NCBI RefSeq assembly: GCF_009914755.1
Contig: NC_060928.1
Source of the DNA: the human T2T-CHM13v2.0 reference genome, Homo sapiens
Direction: 5' to 3' (one strand)
Length of the DNA: 64,000 bases
This document shows positions 15,144 through 30,856 of this stretch, in pieces (the stretch's first letter is position 1; the number at the start of each line of letters is the position of its first letter). Under the pieces are notes generated by a model. The model did not search any database and was not told the origin of the DNA. It saw nothing but the letters and a program-made list of their open reading frames with translations. Made by a program: the position numbers and the translations under genes.

Positions 15144-16629
15144 ATGGCAGGGATAGGCCTAGAGACATAAATTGTGCTGCTAATACCAATATGTGCAGCT
15201 GGCATTTCTATTGTCTTGTCTCTTATGACAGTGCCCTCCTCTGGAAGCTGTTAGGATAAGAGCTAATGTGGGCTGTGCCACACAAAGGTGATGGCAAATT
15301 GATGAGCCTGTAAAGAGATTCAGAGGCAAATAGGGAAATGCATTGTTAATGCTATTAAATATTACTTAGCCTACAGCAAGCTGCATGTTCAACAGTTTAA
15401 ACTTTAATTGCTAGCTGATGCAGAAACAAGCCTGGATATATGTAAATCCTATTGAAAGCTAATATCATTTTGGCTGCTTAGATGGATTAGCAGCCACTAC
15501 AATTAGCAGCATGTGCAACTAATGATATTAGGGGAGAATCCATCATGCAGTGGTCTAGGCCTTTAAATCTGAAAAGAAGTTAAGGCTCTTTTCCCCACAG
15601 AAACCCCACACTGGGGAGTCTTGCCAATTGATGCAGCAGACTCTAGAGTGAGCCAAGAAGCTTATAGAATGCAGGAGCCTGACTCCACTATCACCTTGAA
15701 TTGTTCTTCTTTTTGCCCTCTACCGGCAATTCTAGCTAAGCACATTACGACCAACACTGCCTCCTCCCAACTCTCCAGGGAGTGACAGTGGATCACAGAG
15801 TAGAGGCAAAAAGATCCATCTTCAGCGATTGAACCCTTGTGGTTCACTCTGGCTACTGTGGTTGTGATCGAAGGAGAAAAGACAAGGCTTTTTCTCAAAT
15901 GTGGCACCACTGGAATCAGGTTGTTGTACAGATTACTTACTACAATGTTCGTGACTACATAAAAGGGCCCCTAGGAAAATAATTCTCATTGAAAACTTCA
16001 CTGCTTTTAGATAGTCTGTGAAAACTGTCATGTTTTGAGTAAAATGTCTCTATCTGTTCCATAAAAATAAGCATTTTTGATGCCTTTGAAGTCACCAACG
16101 ATAAGGTGCAATGGAGCGTATGTGGTGAGGTGTGATTCCACATCCTTGGCTGGTTAGCAACCCTTTCATTTCTAAAAATTTTAACTCTGGGAAATGTTAA
16201 ATCACAGTAGTTGAAGGAAAGATTGGCCTTTATTAGTAAAATTTCTAATATATGGAAGATTGTAGTTTCACTAATCTGATTGTAAAAAGCTACTATATTT
16301 ATAATTTTGCAGTACATATTACAATTAAGCTAAAACGGCTACTTATGAATAATTGTAGATAATCTAATTTTGAAAAACAAGCTTTCATCATCAAAACTCT
16401 GTGCATATAAGGAACCATTAATATCTTGATCTGTGAGACAACTTATTTTACACTGATTCATCAATGAGTATAAACCCTAATTTTTATCAAAAACCACGCA
16501 GACCCACAAATTCTGACTTATTAGTATTAATTAGTAAAGTCTTGCCTTATTAATACCACATAAACAGTAATTATTAGTCTTTGGGAAGTTCTAGTAAACT
16601 GAACTGTTTTAGAAGATATAGGCTTAAGA

Positions 16630-17022
<393 letters not shown>

Positions 17023-17909
17023 TTATGCAAGAAATTTATACTACAAGATACAATAAATAAAGGTGTAAGGAAGCAAGGACTAGGCTATTCTGTTTGTTTT
17101 CCATCAGTTAGGAGAATCTTTTTCTGATTTTGCTGATCTTGAGTTTGTCCTGTGGGAATCTCATCTTATCCTGGACAGCGGGCCTAAATGAATAACTGTG
17201 AGCAGAGAGTGAAGATGATTTGTTGTCATGAGCAACCCTTTCATGTGACTTTGAGAAAGCTACACTCAGTAAAGATTCAAACATGTCTACTCTAATGAAA
17301 ACCTCTATCCCATTCAATGTACTTCTCAATTTTTTATACTGATATGACTTTAGAGTTTGGTTGGGCTCAAGAAAATAGATGGCATTTTTCATTAACACTA
17401 TCCTTTCTACAATAAATGTGTTAGTATCAAAACTTTCCTCTTACCAGTTATTCTCCATCCTGTACTGGATCCAGAAGCACGCCTTTACACTTCAAATAAA
17501 GTGAGTGGGATTTTAAAACCCATGAAATATCAGGTCAGAGGAATTATTTAACAACAACCTGCGGACATATGAAGAACCATAATAGCAAGCAACAGAGGCT
17601 CACACTCATTCATCCTTAAATTCAGCAGGCAATCATTGAGGACCTACTGAGTGCCAAACACTCTGAAGTAAACATACCTAATATATTGCCCTTTTCCTTA
17701 AGAAGTTTATAGCTTAGTGAGAGAGAGATAGAAAATAGGTCTAACCAGTATAGAAATATTCACAGGCTCTATGGGAGCATGTAACTTAAATTGGAGGGGG
17801 TCAGAGTCTAAAAAATGGCTTAGATTCAAAAATGAAAATCTTGATAATGAGAATTATAACACAGCTCTGTCTATTGTCAAGGGGGACTGCAAGGTTTGGG
17901 ACTTTTTTT

Positions 17910-18005
17910 ACATATATGTGTGTATATATATTTACATATATGTATATATACACATAAATGTATATGTAGGTATATTTACATATATATATATAAATATATA
18001 TATGT
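17910..18005. repeat. Degenerate (TA)n low-complexity tract
   Basis: Directly visible TA/TG-rich run. Confidence 0.85.
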
Positions 18006-19769
18006 TCTGTCTGAAGGTTCCAAGACAGTTGGGTCTAGGAACACAGTGCCAACTAAGTAGCTCTGACTTTTGGTGTGAACTATCTGGCACAGATGATATG
18101 TTCTCTGCAACCCACTACTCAGCCCACCTAGTTTCTGCAAACATCAACATCATTCTGTCTTTACTCAGCACTATAGACCCAAGTTTATCTTCACATTTTG
18201 TGTTCATTGCAATCAGCTCATTTTTCATGACTATACATGATTTGGCTCAGGATTGCTGCATAGTAAAATGACCAGAAAATAAATCTAATCTTTTTCATCT
18301 CCCTCCACCATCAAAAACTTAATGCAAGATATCTTAATTCTATCACTGACCAGTTCTGCTTACAGTGTAAGCAAGTGGTGGGGTGAGGAGGAATGCTTAT
18401 TTTAACTTACCATGGTGTTATTAATGGATATTGCACAGATATAGAAGAGGGTTTAAAAAATAAAGGTAACAAGTGACCATTTCAAAGGTTCATGCTTATT
18501 GCATATTTGGAGAGATCGTTCCAGGCATAAGCCTTGAGTGTAATGAGCTTTTGAAGTAAAGCCCCCAACATCTCAAATTTAGCATATCCAGGACTCATTA
18601 TGTTCTTGTACACTTGCTTCTCTTGCTGTGCTCTCCAACTTGGCATAACATTCCATCTATCACATAAGCTAGAGAATTCGAGTTTTCCTTTGACTCCTTT
18701 TCTCACCCATTATGTCAAATTGGTCAGTGAAACCCATCGGTTCTCTCCCTCACACATCTCTAATATTCATCCCCTCCCTTCTTTTTCCCACTGCTATCAT
18801 GGCCTTACACATACTAGTCATCATTTCTCTCCTAGACTATTGGCAATGGTCTTCTAAGAGATCTCTTGCCTCCACTCTTCTCTTATATTACCTTCACTTT
18901 CCACACAACCAGCAGAATTCCCTTACCAAACTACACTGTTGCTTAAAACCTTATGATCTAAAAGATAGAGTATGAAATCCATAGGGTGATAGTCAAGACA
19001 CTTTCCAATTTGGAACTGAGAAACCAAGAAGTCCAGGGCTCATCCTCTCCCATTCTCACTGTGAATATGAGAGATTAAACTCCAGCCAAGCTAGATTGTT
19101 TCAGTTACACTGATAATTTTTATATTTCTATATCTTTATTTATACTGGAATGCCACTGCATCCCACACACCTCTACTTGGTGGAATTCTATCCCTCGAAG
19201 CCCAGATCAATGTCACCTTCTCTTTGAAGTCTTCCCTAATTCCTTAGACCAATTACTCATCAAGCAGTTATTAGAAGAACTTCAGACCCAAAAATGTCTA
19301 ACAGACAAATTGCAAACACTGTATTTTTTTTCTTTGAACATTTTTAGTGAAGACACACTCTGTACCATGTATTGTAAGAGGCTATAAACAAACATATAGG
19401 TGAGCAAGACAGGTAAGGTTAGTTTCATGGAACTTCAATTTTAGTAAGAAAAATAAACAACAGATTTAAAAAAAAAAAGATCATTTCTAACACATGAACA
19501 GAGTAATGTGCTAGAGTAATGAAAAAGATAAGGGGCAATTTTATACTAGTTGTCAAGGGAAAGCTTCTCCCAGGAGGTAATATTGGAGCTGAGACCCGAA
19601 TAACATGACAATGCCTCTCAATATTAGTTTTGTGTTTGGGCTTTAGCTGAGTATTAGATTAGAGCATTTTAAAGAAAAAAAAAGTGAGTCTTCATTATTT
19701 TGAGTTCCTGTGATTATTTCAGAGGACATTCTGGGAACCTTAACAATGATAACAACAACAACCTAATCT

Positions 19770-20130
19770 TATATATTGCTTCATAATAAACCAATCCATA
19801 ATTCAATGCCTTGAAACAGCAATTATTTGTGTCTTCTGAGTTTGTGGGTTAGCAAATGGCTGATTGACTGAAGCTGGGCTGAATAGATTCTACTTCATGT
19901 TTCTCTCACCCTTTTCTTCTTCTGGAAATGACAGTTACAAGTACAAACAAGCTCCATGGTGTAAGTGCGTTTCATAATTCTGCTTACAGCACATCTGCTA
20001 ATATCTCATTGGCCAAAATAGGTCACATGACAAAGCCCAAGGATGTGGAATTACACCCTGCCCATAGTGAAAGGGCATGGCACAGTTATATGTCATAAGG
20101 CATGGAATCAGGGATGGCTGGAGAATTTTG
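19770..20130 (-). mobile_element. Old MLT1 LTR fragment
   Basis: cacatctgctaatatctcattggccaaaataggtcacatgacaaagcccaa motif typical of old MLT1 subfamilies. Confidence 0.65.
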
Positions 20131-20579
20131 CCAAAGTGTTAAATAACATACCTGGAAACTAGTATTGCATTTACTGCCAAATGTGTCATTTTAGGCATGT
20201 CACTTGCTGTCTCTGGCTCTTAATATTCTCAGATATAAGATAAGGTCACTTGAGTAGATAATTCCTAGGTTTCTTTGAAATGCTACATTTATTAGGATCC
20301 TTTAATTTTAGAAGGTCAGGCAGTGGTTAGAGCATCTGGGCAAATAAATACAAAATTCTGCTATGAAAAGAACTAAAGCTCATAATAAGTTTTTATAAAT
20401 GCTTCATAATGGTGTATTGAGACTTTGTGATGCTGCTGAGTAGCGAAGATAACAATAGGAAAAATCACAATGGAAAGGAGCATCAAAAGGATGCAGCTCA
20501 TCTGCCAACTCCCCCACGGACTATTTTTTAACCCTTACAAAGGATGGTTGGGCACTCAGAAAAGTGTAATAATTAATAA

Positions 20580-20800
20580 CTTGTACCCTAAGGTGAGCAC
20601 CCAGATACTCGAGTGGAAATCCTGGCTGTCCCCTTCACCAGCTGAGTGACTTATCTTTCAGTACCTCCATTTTCTAATTTGTAAAAGGAAGATAATAAGA
20701 GTGTATACTTTGTATTATTGATGTGAGTAATAAATGAGACACTACATATAAAGTTTAAGAAGCGTGCAGAAAACACAGTGCTCAATAAATAGCAGGCATA
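20580..20800 (+). mobile_element. MIR SINE
   Basis: aatcctggctgtccccttcaccagctgagtgac...cctccattttctaatttgtaaaagg...gtgctcaataaat. Confidence 0.75.
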
Positions 20801-20829
20801 TGTATTATTTTTAAGCCACCTAAAACCAG

Positions 20830-20960
20830 GTATATGTATGTTTCTTTAAATATACATGTGCATATATATGTATGTATATGTATATATTATATGCTATATG
20901 TATAGGTGTGTGTATATATATAGCATATGTGTGTGTATATATATATATGTGTTATATATG
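20830..20960. repeat. Degenerate (TA/TG)n tract
   Basis: Directly visible. Confidence 0.85.
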
Positions 20961-22143
20961 CTATAACAATCAAGTGGGATAGAGATAAGAAAATAGGGAC
21001 CTGTATAGATTGTTTCATTTATAACAATGCAATAACACTCTCCCTGGCTTCTGTAGACATTTGCATTGTCATCCTCTACTTCAGAAAATTCTAAGGGCTT
21101 TTTCAGTCTCACCAAATGGTCACTGTGTTCTGGACGTAAAGCCACTACAGACTGGTCAGTCATCTTGGTGGTTCTCTGAGCAACTAAAGGAAAACCCAGA
21201 AGGAATATAACCCAAAGCATGCTCAGAAAAGGAAGCAGCAGCTCTCTTTTCCCTTACTGTAGGCTTTTAGGCATCCTGGTTATGAAATATGGCTGCAACT
21301 TTCTTTTAAATCCTTTTAAGTAGCAGTCATCCTCCTCCCCCCCTCCCCAATACTATTAAGTCCTTCACAGGTATCAATCGTCGGGAAGTAGGAAGAACTG
21401 CACTTTAAAAGGATTTTAAATAATGTCTCCAAGAAATATAGCAGCAGATTGTTCAATGGGGATTATCAGCCAAGAGTGTGCTTAAGGGGGAGGGCTCTCT
21501 TTTAAAAGGTCTTTAAATAATGTAAGTGTACTTCTTGGCAACATTACTCAGAACCATTTAAAGAGAAGATATCTCTGCTGCACCTAGGCACCCGCAGAAG
21601 AGACCTGAGGGAGACACATGACAAATGATATCCCTACACCCTTGACATTGTCATGACACAGACATTACAAGCTTTATCCAAAATGTTGAGAGCACCAGAG
21701 ACTTACTCTCTAGAGAGATCCTCCCTCCTTCTAAGGGTCAAGGTCAAATTATCCCTAGAGAATATTTGGACATTTGCTCAGTGACCTTTGGGGGAAAAAT
21801 GCAATTTCTGTGCTTTCCAAGAGCGTTGCAAGAAAGGAGCAGTTGTTTTACTTTCTTGTCTCCTTCACCTCTTCATAAAACCTAACTTAAGGTCTAATGT
21901 CATCAGAATCTAAACAGCCTACTTTGTTTTCTTCCAACCACTCCATCTCCAACTCCCTCCCCTGTCTAGCTTCATTGAAAACTGCAGGATGGGTAGAAGT
22001 GGAAGAGGTGTGGTATGTTGTAGAGATTAAGGCTTTGGACTCAGAAAATCTGAGTTTAAAATTTGTTATGCCACTACTGGTGACTTTAGGAAAATGTCAT
22101 TGTCTCATTAGCCTCAATCTTCCTACCTGTAAAACAGGGTTTA

Positions 22144-22545
<402 letters not shown>

Positions 22546-22910
22546 CTAAATGCTTAATACATGGTACTCAGGGAGCTGTGACTATGGAGGCTGTAATTTC
22601 AAGAGTGTGGTTTGAGTTGTTGAAAGTACTGGAAATGCCTCTCTTCATTTATCTGGCTTGTTGGGCCCAAGAGTTGAATCTGATACCCAGATGGTACCTG
22701 TTTTAAGGACAGTTGGGTGCTACTTGAAAACTATGGCCAAGTGGAGATCCATGTTGATATGTAAGAATGAACAACCAATTCAAATATTCAGCGTGAACCT
22801 GGGGATACTTTAGGCCATTTCCAGATAGACCTTGCACAGATTGCAGTAGAAGGAAATTTCAGGGGAACATTGTTTGTTTTCCTTATCTCAGAGATCAAAC
22901 ATAAAGTAGA

Positions 22911-23862
<952 letters not shown>

Positions 23863-25224
23863 GTAGACTCAGTTTTCCTTTATATCATAGAAGAGTTTCA
23901 GAAATAAGAAGTACCATTGCCCACTGGATCTCATGTACATTATATACTCGAGAAATTGTGAAATGTCAAGGCTGGGCTTAAAGAACACCCCCAAAGAAGG
24001 ACACTGAGCTGGCAGGTGAGTGGAAATAATGCAGCTCGAATGATGTGAGGGAAAATGATGTTCCCCTAGCATTCAGACAGCAGAACAGGTCTTGTGTCAT
24101 TGACCACAATGACAGAAAATCAAACTGAACCCCATTAAAGGAAAAAAGCCATCTATTTTAGTTAGCCCAGCAGGCACCTGAAAGCTCCATTCAGTATGAA
24201 AAAATGGAAGGGCACTTGAGAAGATGGAGGTCTTAGTTCTAATGACTATGTTTGCACCTCCTGGAGAGGATAGATCTCTCTTTTAAATATGAGGGATTGA
24301 TTTTGAAAATAGTGTTCTCTGCTGTGTTAGTTCCTTTTCTGCCTTTCAATGACAAGAGGACATGATTAGGTGAGGACCTTTTCAGTTAACTGAGATGAAC
24401 CAAAACAAGGGAACCATTTTTTAACAGCAAAAATCTGGTGCAGCCTTATAAGCTCTAATACTTTAATTCTAGTACATTAAACAACAGTGCCATAATGGGA
24501 GACTTTAAAAAAATCAGAGAAATTGAGACATCAGAGAAATAGGAGAAAAGAAAAATGCTTTTGAGATTTTCTTAAAGCATTTCAAATGACTTACAATGTC
24601 ATTGTCACTTGGAAAGGAAAGTTAGCGATGATTCCTTTAACTCTTTCTTCAGTTGACACTCCAGGTACCTTGGTCTTCCTGACCTATTAGTAGAAACTAG
24701 CAGGTTGACTCTTTGGCCCTTATAAAATAAAGTGAAAGTCTGAAGCAGCTATCTGGATACGCAGGTCCTCCAAATATCTTTGGTTTAAACTATGCTATGT
24801 GAAGTCTTCAGAGAGCTTACAAAAATGTTGACACCAATTTTTATGAGTAATTGCCCCCATAGCTTCACCTTGATAAATGAGGTTGTTCGAGCCATGGGCC
24901 CCAATCATTTATTACTATTATTATTATTACCATAATCCTGTTTTGCAAGCTAAAATGTATACTTACATACTTCCCAAGCATAACAAGCAAACATTTTTCC
25001 CCTAGACATATCTTTATTCCAACTTCTCTCTTAACTTCTTGGTAGAGTTTAAATAATGCAGAAGCCAGCTTTAGGCAAATCACCATCTTATTTGATTTTC
25101 CCCAACTAGACTGTGTGTTAGGACTTTTTACTGCTGAAGAAAACCATGTTTTGGGCAACATTTTACCCGCCAGTTCAAGACTTATATTTGAATTTGACTT
25201 TTTAGCTGAATGTAAATATGTCAT

Positions 25225-25605
25225 TGTATTAGTCCATTTTCACACTGCTATGAAAACATACATGAGACTGGGTAATTTATAAAGGAAAGAGGTTTAATTG
25301 ACTCAATTCTGCAATGGCTAGGGAGGCCTCGGGAAACTTACAATCATGGCAGAAGGGGAAGAGGCACGTCTTACATGGCAGCAGGCAAGAGAGAGAAGAG
25401 AGAAAAGACTGAGTGGCAAAGGGAGAAAAGTCCCTTATAAAACCATCAAATCTTATGAGAACTCCCTCACTATTATGAGAACAGCATGGAGAAACCACCT
25501 CCATGATCCAATCACCTCCCACCACGTCTCTACCTAGACACACAGGAATAATGCGGATGACAATTCAAGATGAGATTTGGGTGGGGACACAGCAAAACCA
25601 TATCA
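25225..25605 (-). mobile_element. THE1 (THE1C/D-like) MaLR solo LTR
   Basis: tgtattagtccattttcacactgct...gagactgggtaatttataaaggaaagagg...gagatttgggtggggacacagcaaaaccatatca. Confidence 0.92.
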
Positions 25606-27369
25606 GTAGTATATCTGGACTAGCTGCTGCCATGGAGCAAAACAAATATCTATGTTTGTCTACTTAAATATGATAAGCAACCATTCTTTTGATCATCAGA
25701 CCTCAGAGCCTAGCTTTACCTGGGACCATAAGGAAGAAATCAGAGGTAAGATATCTTTGGAAGTGAAGTGTTACTGGTAAGTGTTGGCAAGGAGAAAAGA
25801 AGTTGTGGTTCTATAGAATGACCTCATAAGGTCCTATCATAACTCAAGAATAACAAGGTACAAGCCACCTTTTGAGTTCCATTGTATTTGGAAACAGAGT
25901 AAAATTACACCACTAGATAAAAGGGAGAGAAGAGGTGTGCACCCATGTTAGGTAAGAATGTTCTTGATTTGAAACCGAAGTAAAGCCAATGACTCATCGA
26001 AATACTGGCAAGTTCCTGCCCTTGATGTTGATGCTTTAAACAGAGACAGGAAATTGGAAAGGTAGCATATCTGCCTTCTTCCCTCACATTGGACAGGCTG
26101 CAGAGTTTGCCTTACTCAGCCCGGTGATTGTGTTGACTCCAAATCACAGGAGGTGGACAGGCCTGCAGCTTAAAACATCCCTGTGGCGGCCTGATGATTA
26201 ACTCAGCAGCTTGAGCTATTCCAAATGTTGCTCTCTTGTCGGAGAAAAAGAATAAATACATTGGGTGTGAGTGATGGCCAGCAAGGGAAAGCTGGGATGT
26301 TTGCATAGCCTCAGTTTTCTGTGAGCTGAACAGCTTTCCAAAGCCACTTTTTTTTCCTCTCCAGATGTTCTTGAGGAAGATGCAAATGAGCATTTTTTAA
26401 CATTGCAAAACTGTCAAATCCTGTCCAAGGAACCTAACAGAATGCCATCAAGTCCAGCAGGTTTACTCCCTGATGGGGAATGTCTTTCTTGCCATCAATC
26501 ACATAATCAGAGACTTCATAACAAAATGTACTCTATTTTCTTATTTCAGAGCAATAGACCTTCCTCAAATATTCTCATGGATATCATCTTAAATTATTTC
26601 ATTTTATTATAAATACCAGCTCATAGTGTGTCATCCCATTACATGCCTGCTGAGATGTTGCTTCATGATATTACCTATGTTATTTACAGGTGGCTCTACT
26701 TTACAAATGAGTAGGCTAAGGAACAGAGAATAGACGTGGACTTTCCCAGCATCTACCCTTTCTGAATAAGATCAGGTATAAAAGCCAATATATTCCCTTT
26801 GTTTTTTTTTTGCAAAAAATATATAATAGTAATAATAATAGGTCACATCCTAACTGAATATAGCAGATGAGAGTTCACAGATTCAATGTTAATCTCCTGG
26901 CAGAAAGAAAGGGAATTGGAGGATCTGTGCCTGACCCTGATTCATTCTATTCATGAGAGTATCTGTCCTAGTTTGGATTAGCCAGAATTGAACTTTGAGA
27001 ATATTTGAATAGGATGCTAAACAAGAGGAAGGCCTTAGAATGTTGGCTATTAAAAAAAATTCTATAGATGCTAGAAAGGGAAAAAGAAGAAAGTAGAAAG
27101 AAAAGTATCATGGAAAAGGAAACTTTCCTCCGGTATACACAAGCTATCACTCTACAATGACAAAAAGCTCATTAAAATGCAAAAGCGCATTTATCTAAAT
27201 ATTTGCAAAATCTTTATCATTACATCATTTTGGAAGCATATAAAATTTGATTAAATGTTCCAGGTTTCATCAAAGTTTTTAGCTTGGTGGAAACACAGCT
27301 TAATATTCAATCCCTTAAGAATGCACAAAATGAAAGATAAATTCATCAATTTTCTGGTTACTTTTGGAT

Positions 27370-28470
27370 ACCTTTGTTATAGTTAATGAACCAATATTGT
27401 TATATTATTAAGTAAATTCCATAGATTCTTTTGATTTCCTTAGTTTTTACCTAATTTCCTTTTTCTGTTACAGGACACCATCCAGGGAACCACATTACAT
27501 TTAATTATCGTTATCTTATTAGGCTCCTCTCAGCTGCGTCACTTTCTCAGACTTTCCTTATTTTTGATGAGTTGACATTTTTGAGGAGTACTGGTCATGT
27601 ATTTTGTAGGATATCTAGTATTGAAAATTGTTTGATCCTTTTCTCATTATAAGACCAGAGTTATGGGTGATTGGTAGGAAACCACAGAGTGTAGTGCTAT
27701 TATCACATCTTATCAAGGGTCCATGCTATCAAGATGATTTATGACTGTAAATGTTGGCCTTGATTACCTGGCTGAGGTAGTGTTTGTCAGGTCTTTCCAC
27801 TGCAAAGTTACTCTTTTCTCCCTTTTCATACTGTAGACTTTGGGAGGAATTCACCACATGCAGCCCACACCTAAAGAATATGGAGCTTTTCTCTCCCTTC
27901 TTCAGGGCTGAATATCTACATAATTTATTTGGAATTCTTCTACATGGGAGATTTGTCTCTTCTTCCCCATTTATTAATTCATTTAATCATGTATTTATAT
28001 CAATACGGACACATAAATATTTATTTTATACTTTAGGTTGTAATCCAATATATATTATTTATTTTGCTTCCCAGAGGGTTTCAGCTTTGGCCCTTAGGTG
28101 CTCATTCAGTTGACATCTATGTTCCTCCTTTGATACATCCTCATCAATATGTGAGGCTTTGTTTCTCTCTCTTTCTCTTCTTGTGAACATTTCTTTACTC
28201 TCTGGCACTGCAAGATGCTCCAGGCTCATCTGGCATATTTATTGTCAGAGTCATAGAATCAGTCATTTCTATAAAGAATCCTGAATACTTATATTGCAGA
28301 AAGATATGAGAAACCAAGATCTGGGTACTAGTTGTGCTTGTTGCTACTGGAATGGCATTTATTTTAGGCTATCTCATTTGGCAAGCAAAAAAAAAGAAAA
28401 AACCATGCGTTAATCTATGTACATATGCATATCTATAAATATTTCTACATGTAATTATGTGTGTTAAAGG
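27370..28470 (-). mobile_element. L1MC-type 3'UTR fragment
   Basis: tttctcagactttccttatttttgatga...tttgaggagtactggtca and tctggcactgcaagatgctccaggctcatc motifs. Confidence 0.75.
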
Positions 28471-29299
28471 TATACACATTTAACACCTCAAAATGCCATC
28501 TAAAAAAGGTTGAGTTTGAACTAAAAGACTTTTTAGGTTCTATTTCAGCTCCAATACTATATAATATTATAGTTTATCCTTTTATTTTTCTATAAAAAGA
28601 GAAGGCGGTTTTCTAAGCTTCTTTTGACATGAACTCAGTACTACTGAATACACATAGACCTCTTATCCATCATACAATAATGTCCTGTGTTTCCTTCTCT
28701 TGTTTTTCTTGACTAATTTAAACTTAGAATGGAAGACCAGATTTATATTTATTAAAGTACTAAATTACAACTCATGTTCAAAAAATGCAATTACATATAT
28801 GATCAGCTTCAAGAAAATTCTATATATGCAAATTTACTCTATTATTCCCATTAAAAAATAATTTACTGAATTTTTAATTTAAATAATGCACTCTCCTAGT
28901 GCATTTTAAATTTGATTAAATTAACAAAAATGCATTTGACATAACATTTCTCAGCTAATTTATAGCTATACCCATGCTAATAAAAATCATAAACTTGGTA
29001 GAATAATAGAAGAACACAAATTGTAAATCTAGCTTTCCATATCAACTCACCAAAGCTTTGCAAGGAGAATGTTTTCCATTAGAAACCAACTGTTTGAGGG
29101 GAGAATGTTCTTCATTCAGGAACAAATCCTACTTATGCAATACCTCTGTCTTAGTTCATGCGGAAGTTTTAAAATATATATGCAAATTATCTGACACTTT
29201 TCCCTCCAAATCTAGGCCAATTTATCAAATGCCTTGTAACCAAAAGAGTGTAGCAAAAGCAATGTTGTACAAATACAAAGGCTAGATCCAAAAGGACAG

Positions 29300-29685
29300 T
29301 GTAGCCTCTACCGGGTCCTCTTGGGGCACTCATTTTGGGGAAAGTTAGACACCATGTATGAGTGAGCATCTCGAAACTTCCATCTGGAGACGCCTCATGT
29401 AGGTACTCAGGTCACTACTTCCAGCTGAGCTAGCAATTGAGTCATCCCAGCCCAGGCTTTACATACATGCGTGAGGGGCCTTCAGATGATTCCAACCCCC
29501 AGTTGTCTACCCAGCTTTTGAGTATTCCCACTTGAGGCCCCAAACATCATGTAGTGGAAACAAACCATTTCCACTGTGCTCTGCTTGAATTCCTACCCCA
29601 GGGAATTTACGAGCATAATAAAATTCTTGTTTTGTGCTACTAAGTTTTGAGTTGATTTATTATAATGGCAGTAATAATTCCAACA
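29300..29685 (+). mobile_element. Old MLT1 LTR (MLT1G/H-like)
   Basis: gccttcagatgattccaacccc...gaattcctacccc...ttgttttgtgctactaagttttgag...aattccaaca. Confidence 0.7.
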
Positions 29686-29689
29686 ATTT

Positions 29690-30130
29690 AATCCCTCCAA
29701 AAGCAGACCCCAAGACTAGGATTTAATTGCAAGTAGATTGTTTGTCAGCTGATCCCAAGAGGCATCATTTGGAGAGTAGAGAAGTGGGGCAGGGCAGGGA
29801 AGAAAGTTAATAACAGATATCTTTAGTAAGCAAGTTATCACATAGCCATATAGCATCCCTTGCTAGGACCTGGAAGATGGTATAGAAAATGCTTTCAAGT
29901 TGTTCTACCTGAAGAGTGAAGAAACTGGGGTATTCATCCACCAATTCTTATCCATCATTGGTTGGGAGTTATTAGGGTATTAACATCCTGGCATCTGACC
30001 TGTCCTACACATAGGCTATGCACACTCCTGAAAAGAGTCACAGGAACTTCTAACAAGAAGCTGTGGGCTTGACACTGCTGAGTGCAGAGGGCATACAGAT
30101 GGAACCTTAAACTCACAGAGCAGGAGTTCA
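29690..30130 (-). mobile_element. ERVL-class LTR fragment (LTR33-like)
   Basis: aagcagaccccaagactaggatttaattgcaagtag...gatcccaagagg...gggcagggaagaaag motif; subfamily uncertain. Confidence 0.5.
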
Positions 30131-30541
30131 CTGGAGTCCACTGAGCCATGATTGAGTTTCAGTGATCTGCCAAGTTCCAGAAACTAGATTTGAAGTTCTG
30201 CCTATATGAAGACATATGTACTTTTCTGGAGTGGGAGCTCAGGATTTCATTAGCTTCCTCAAGTGGCCGGTGAAGTTTAAAAAAAAACAAAAAAGGTTAA
30301 GAATAAGGAACCAAGATAATAAAGAAAGTTGTGTACCTTAGGCTCTCTTTCTTATATCAGATAATCAAAATCAATAATAACAGTAGGAGTTACTAAATAA
30401 TTATAGTTACACAGTAGTTAAACAATATATATTAAACAATTATATTTAAAATAACTGAACCAATAATTATTGGCAAAAAGATTGTCATACTATTTCCTTG
30501 GCAGAAGAATTTTGGTGGATGAAGAAACTAAAGAATATCCA

Positions 30542-30856
<315 letters not shown>

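Noticed and set aside
17108-17398. 96 aa minus-strand ORF in unique DNA (likewise 15662-15910, 37012-37428)
   Set aside because: No recognisable protein similarity or convincing splice signals; length is within chance expectation.
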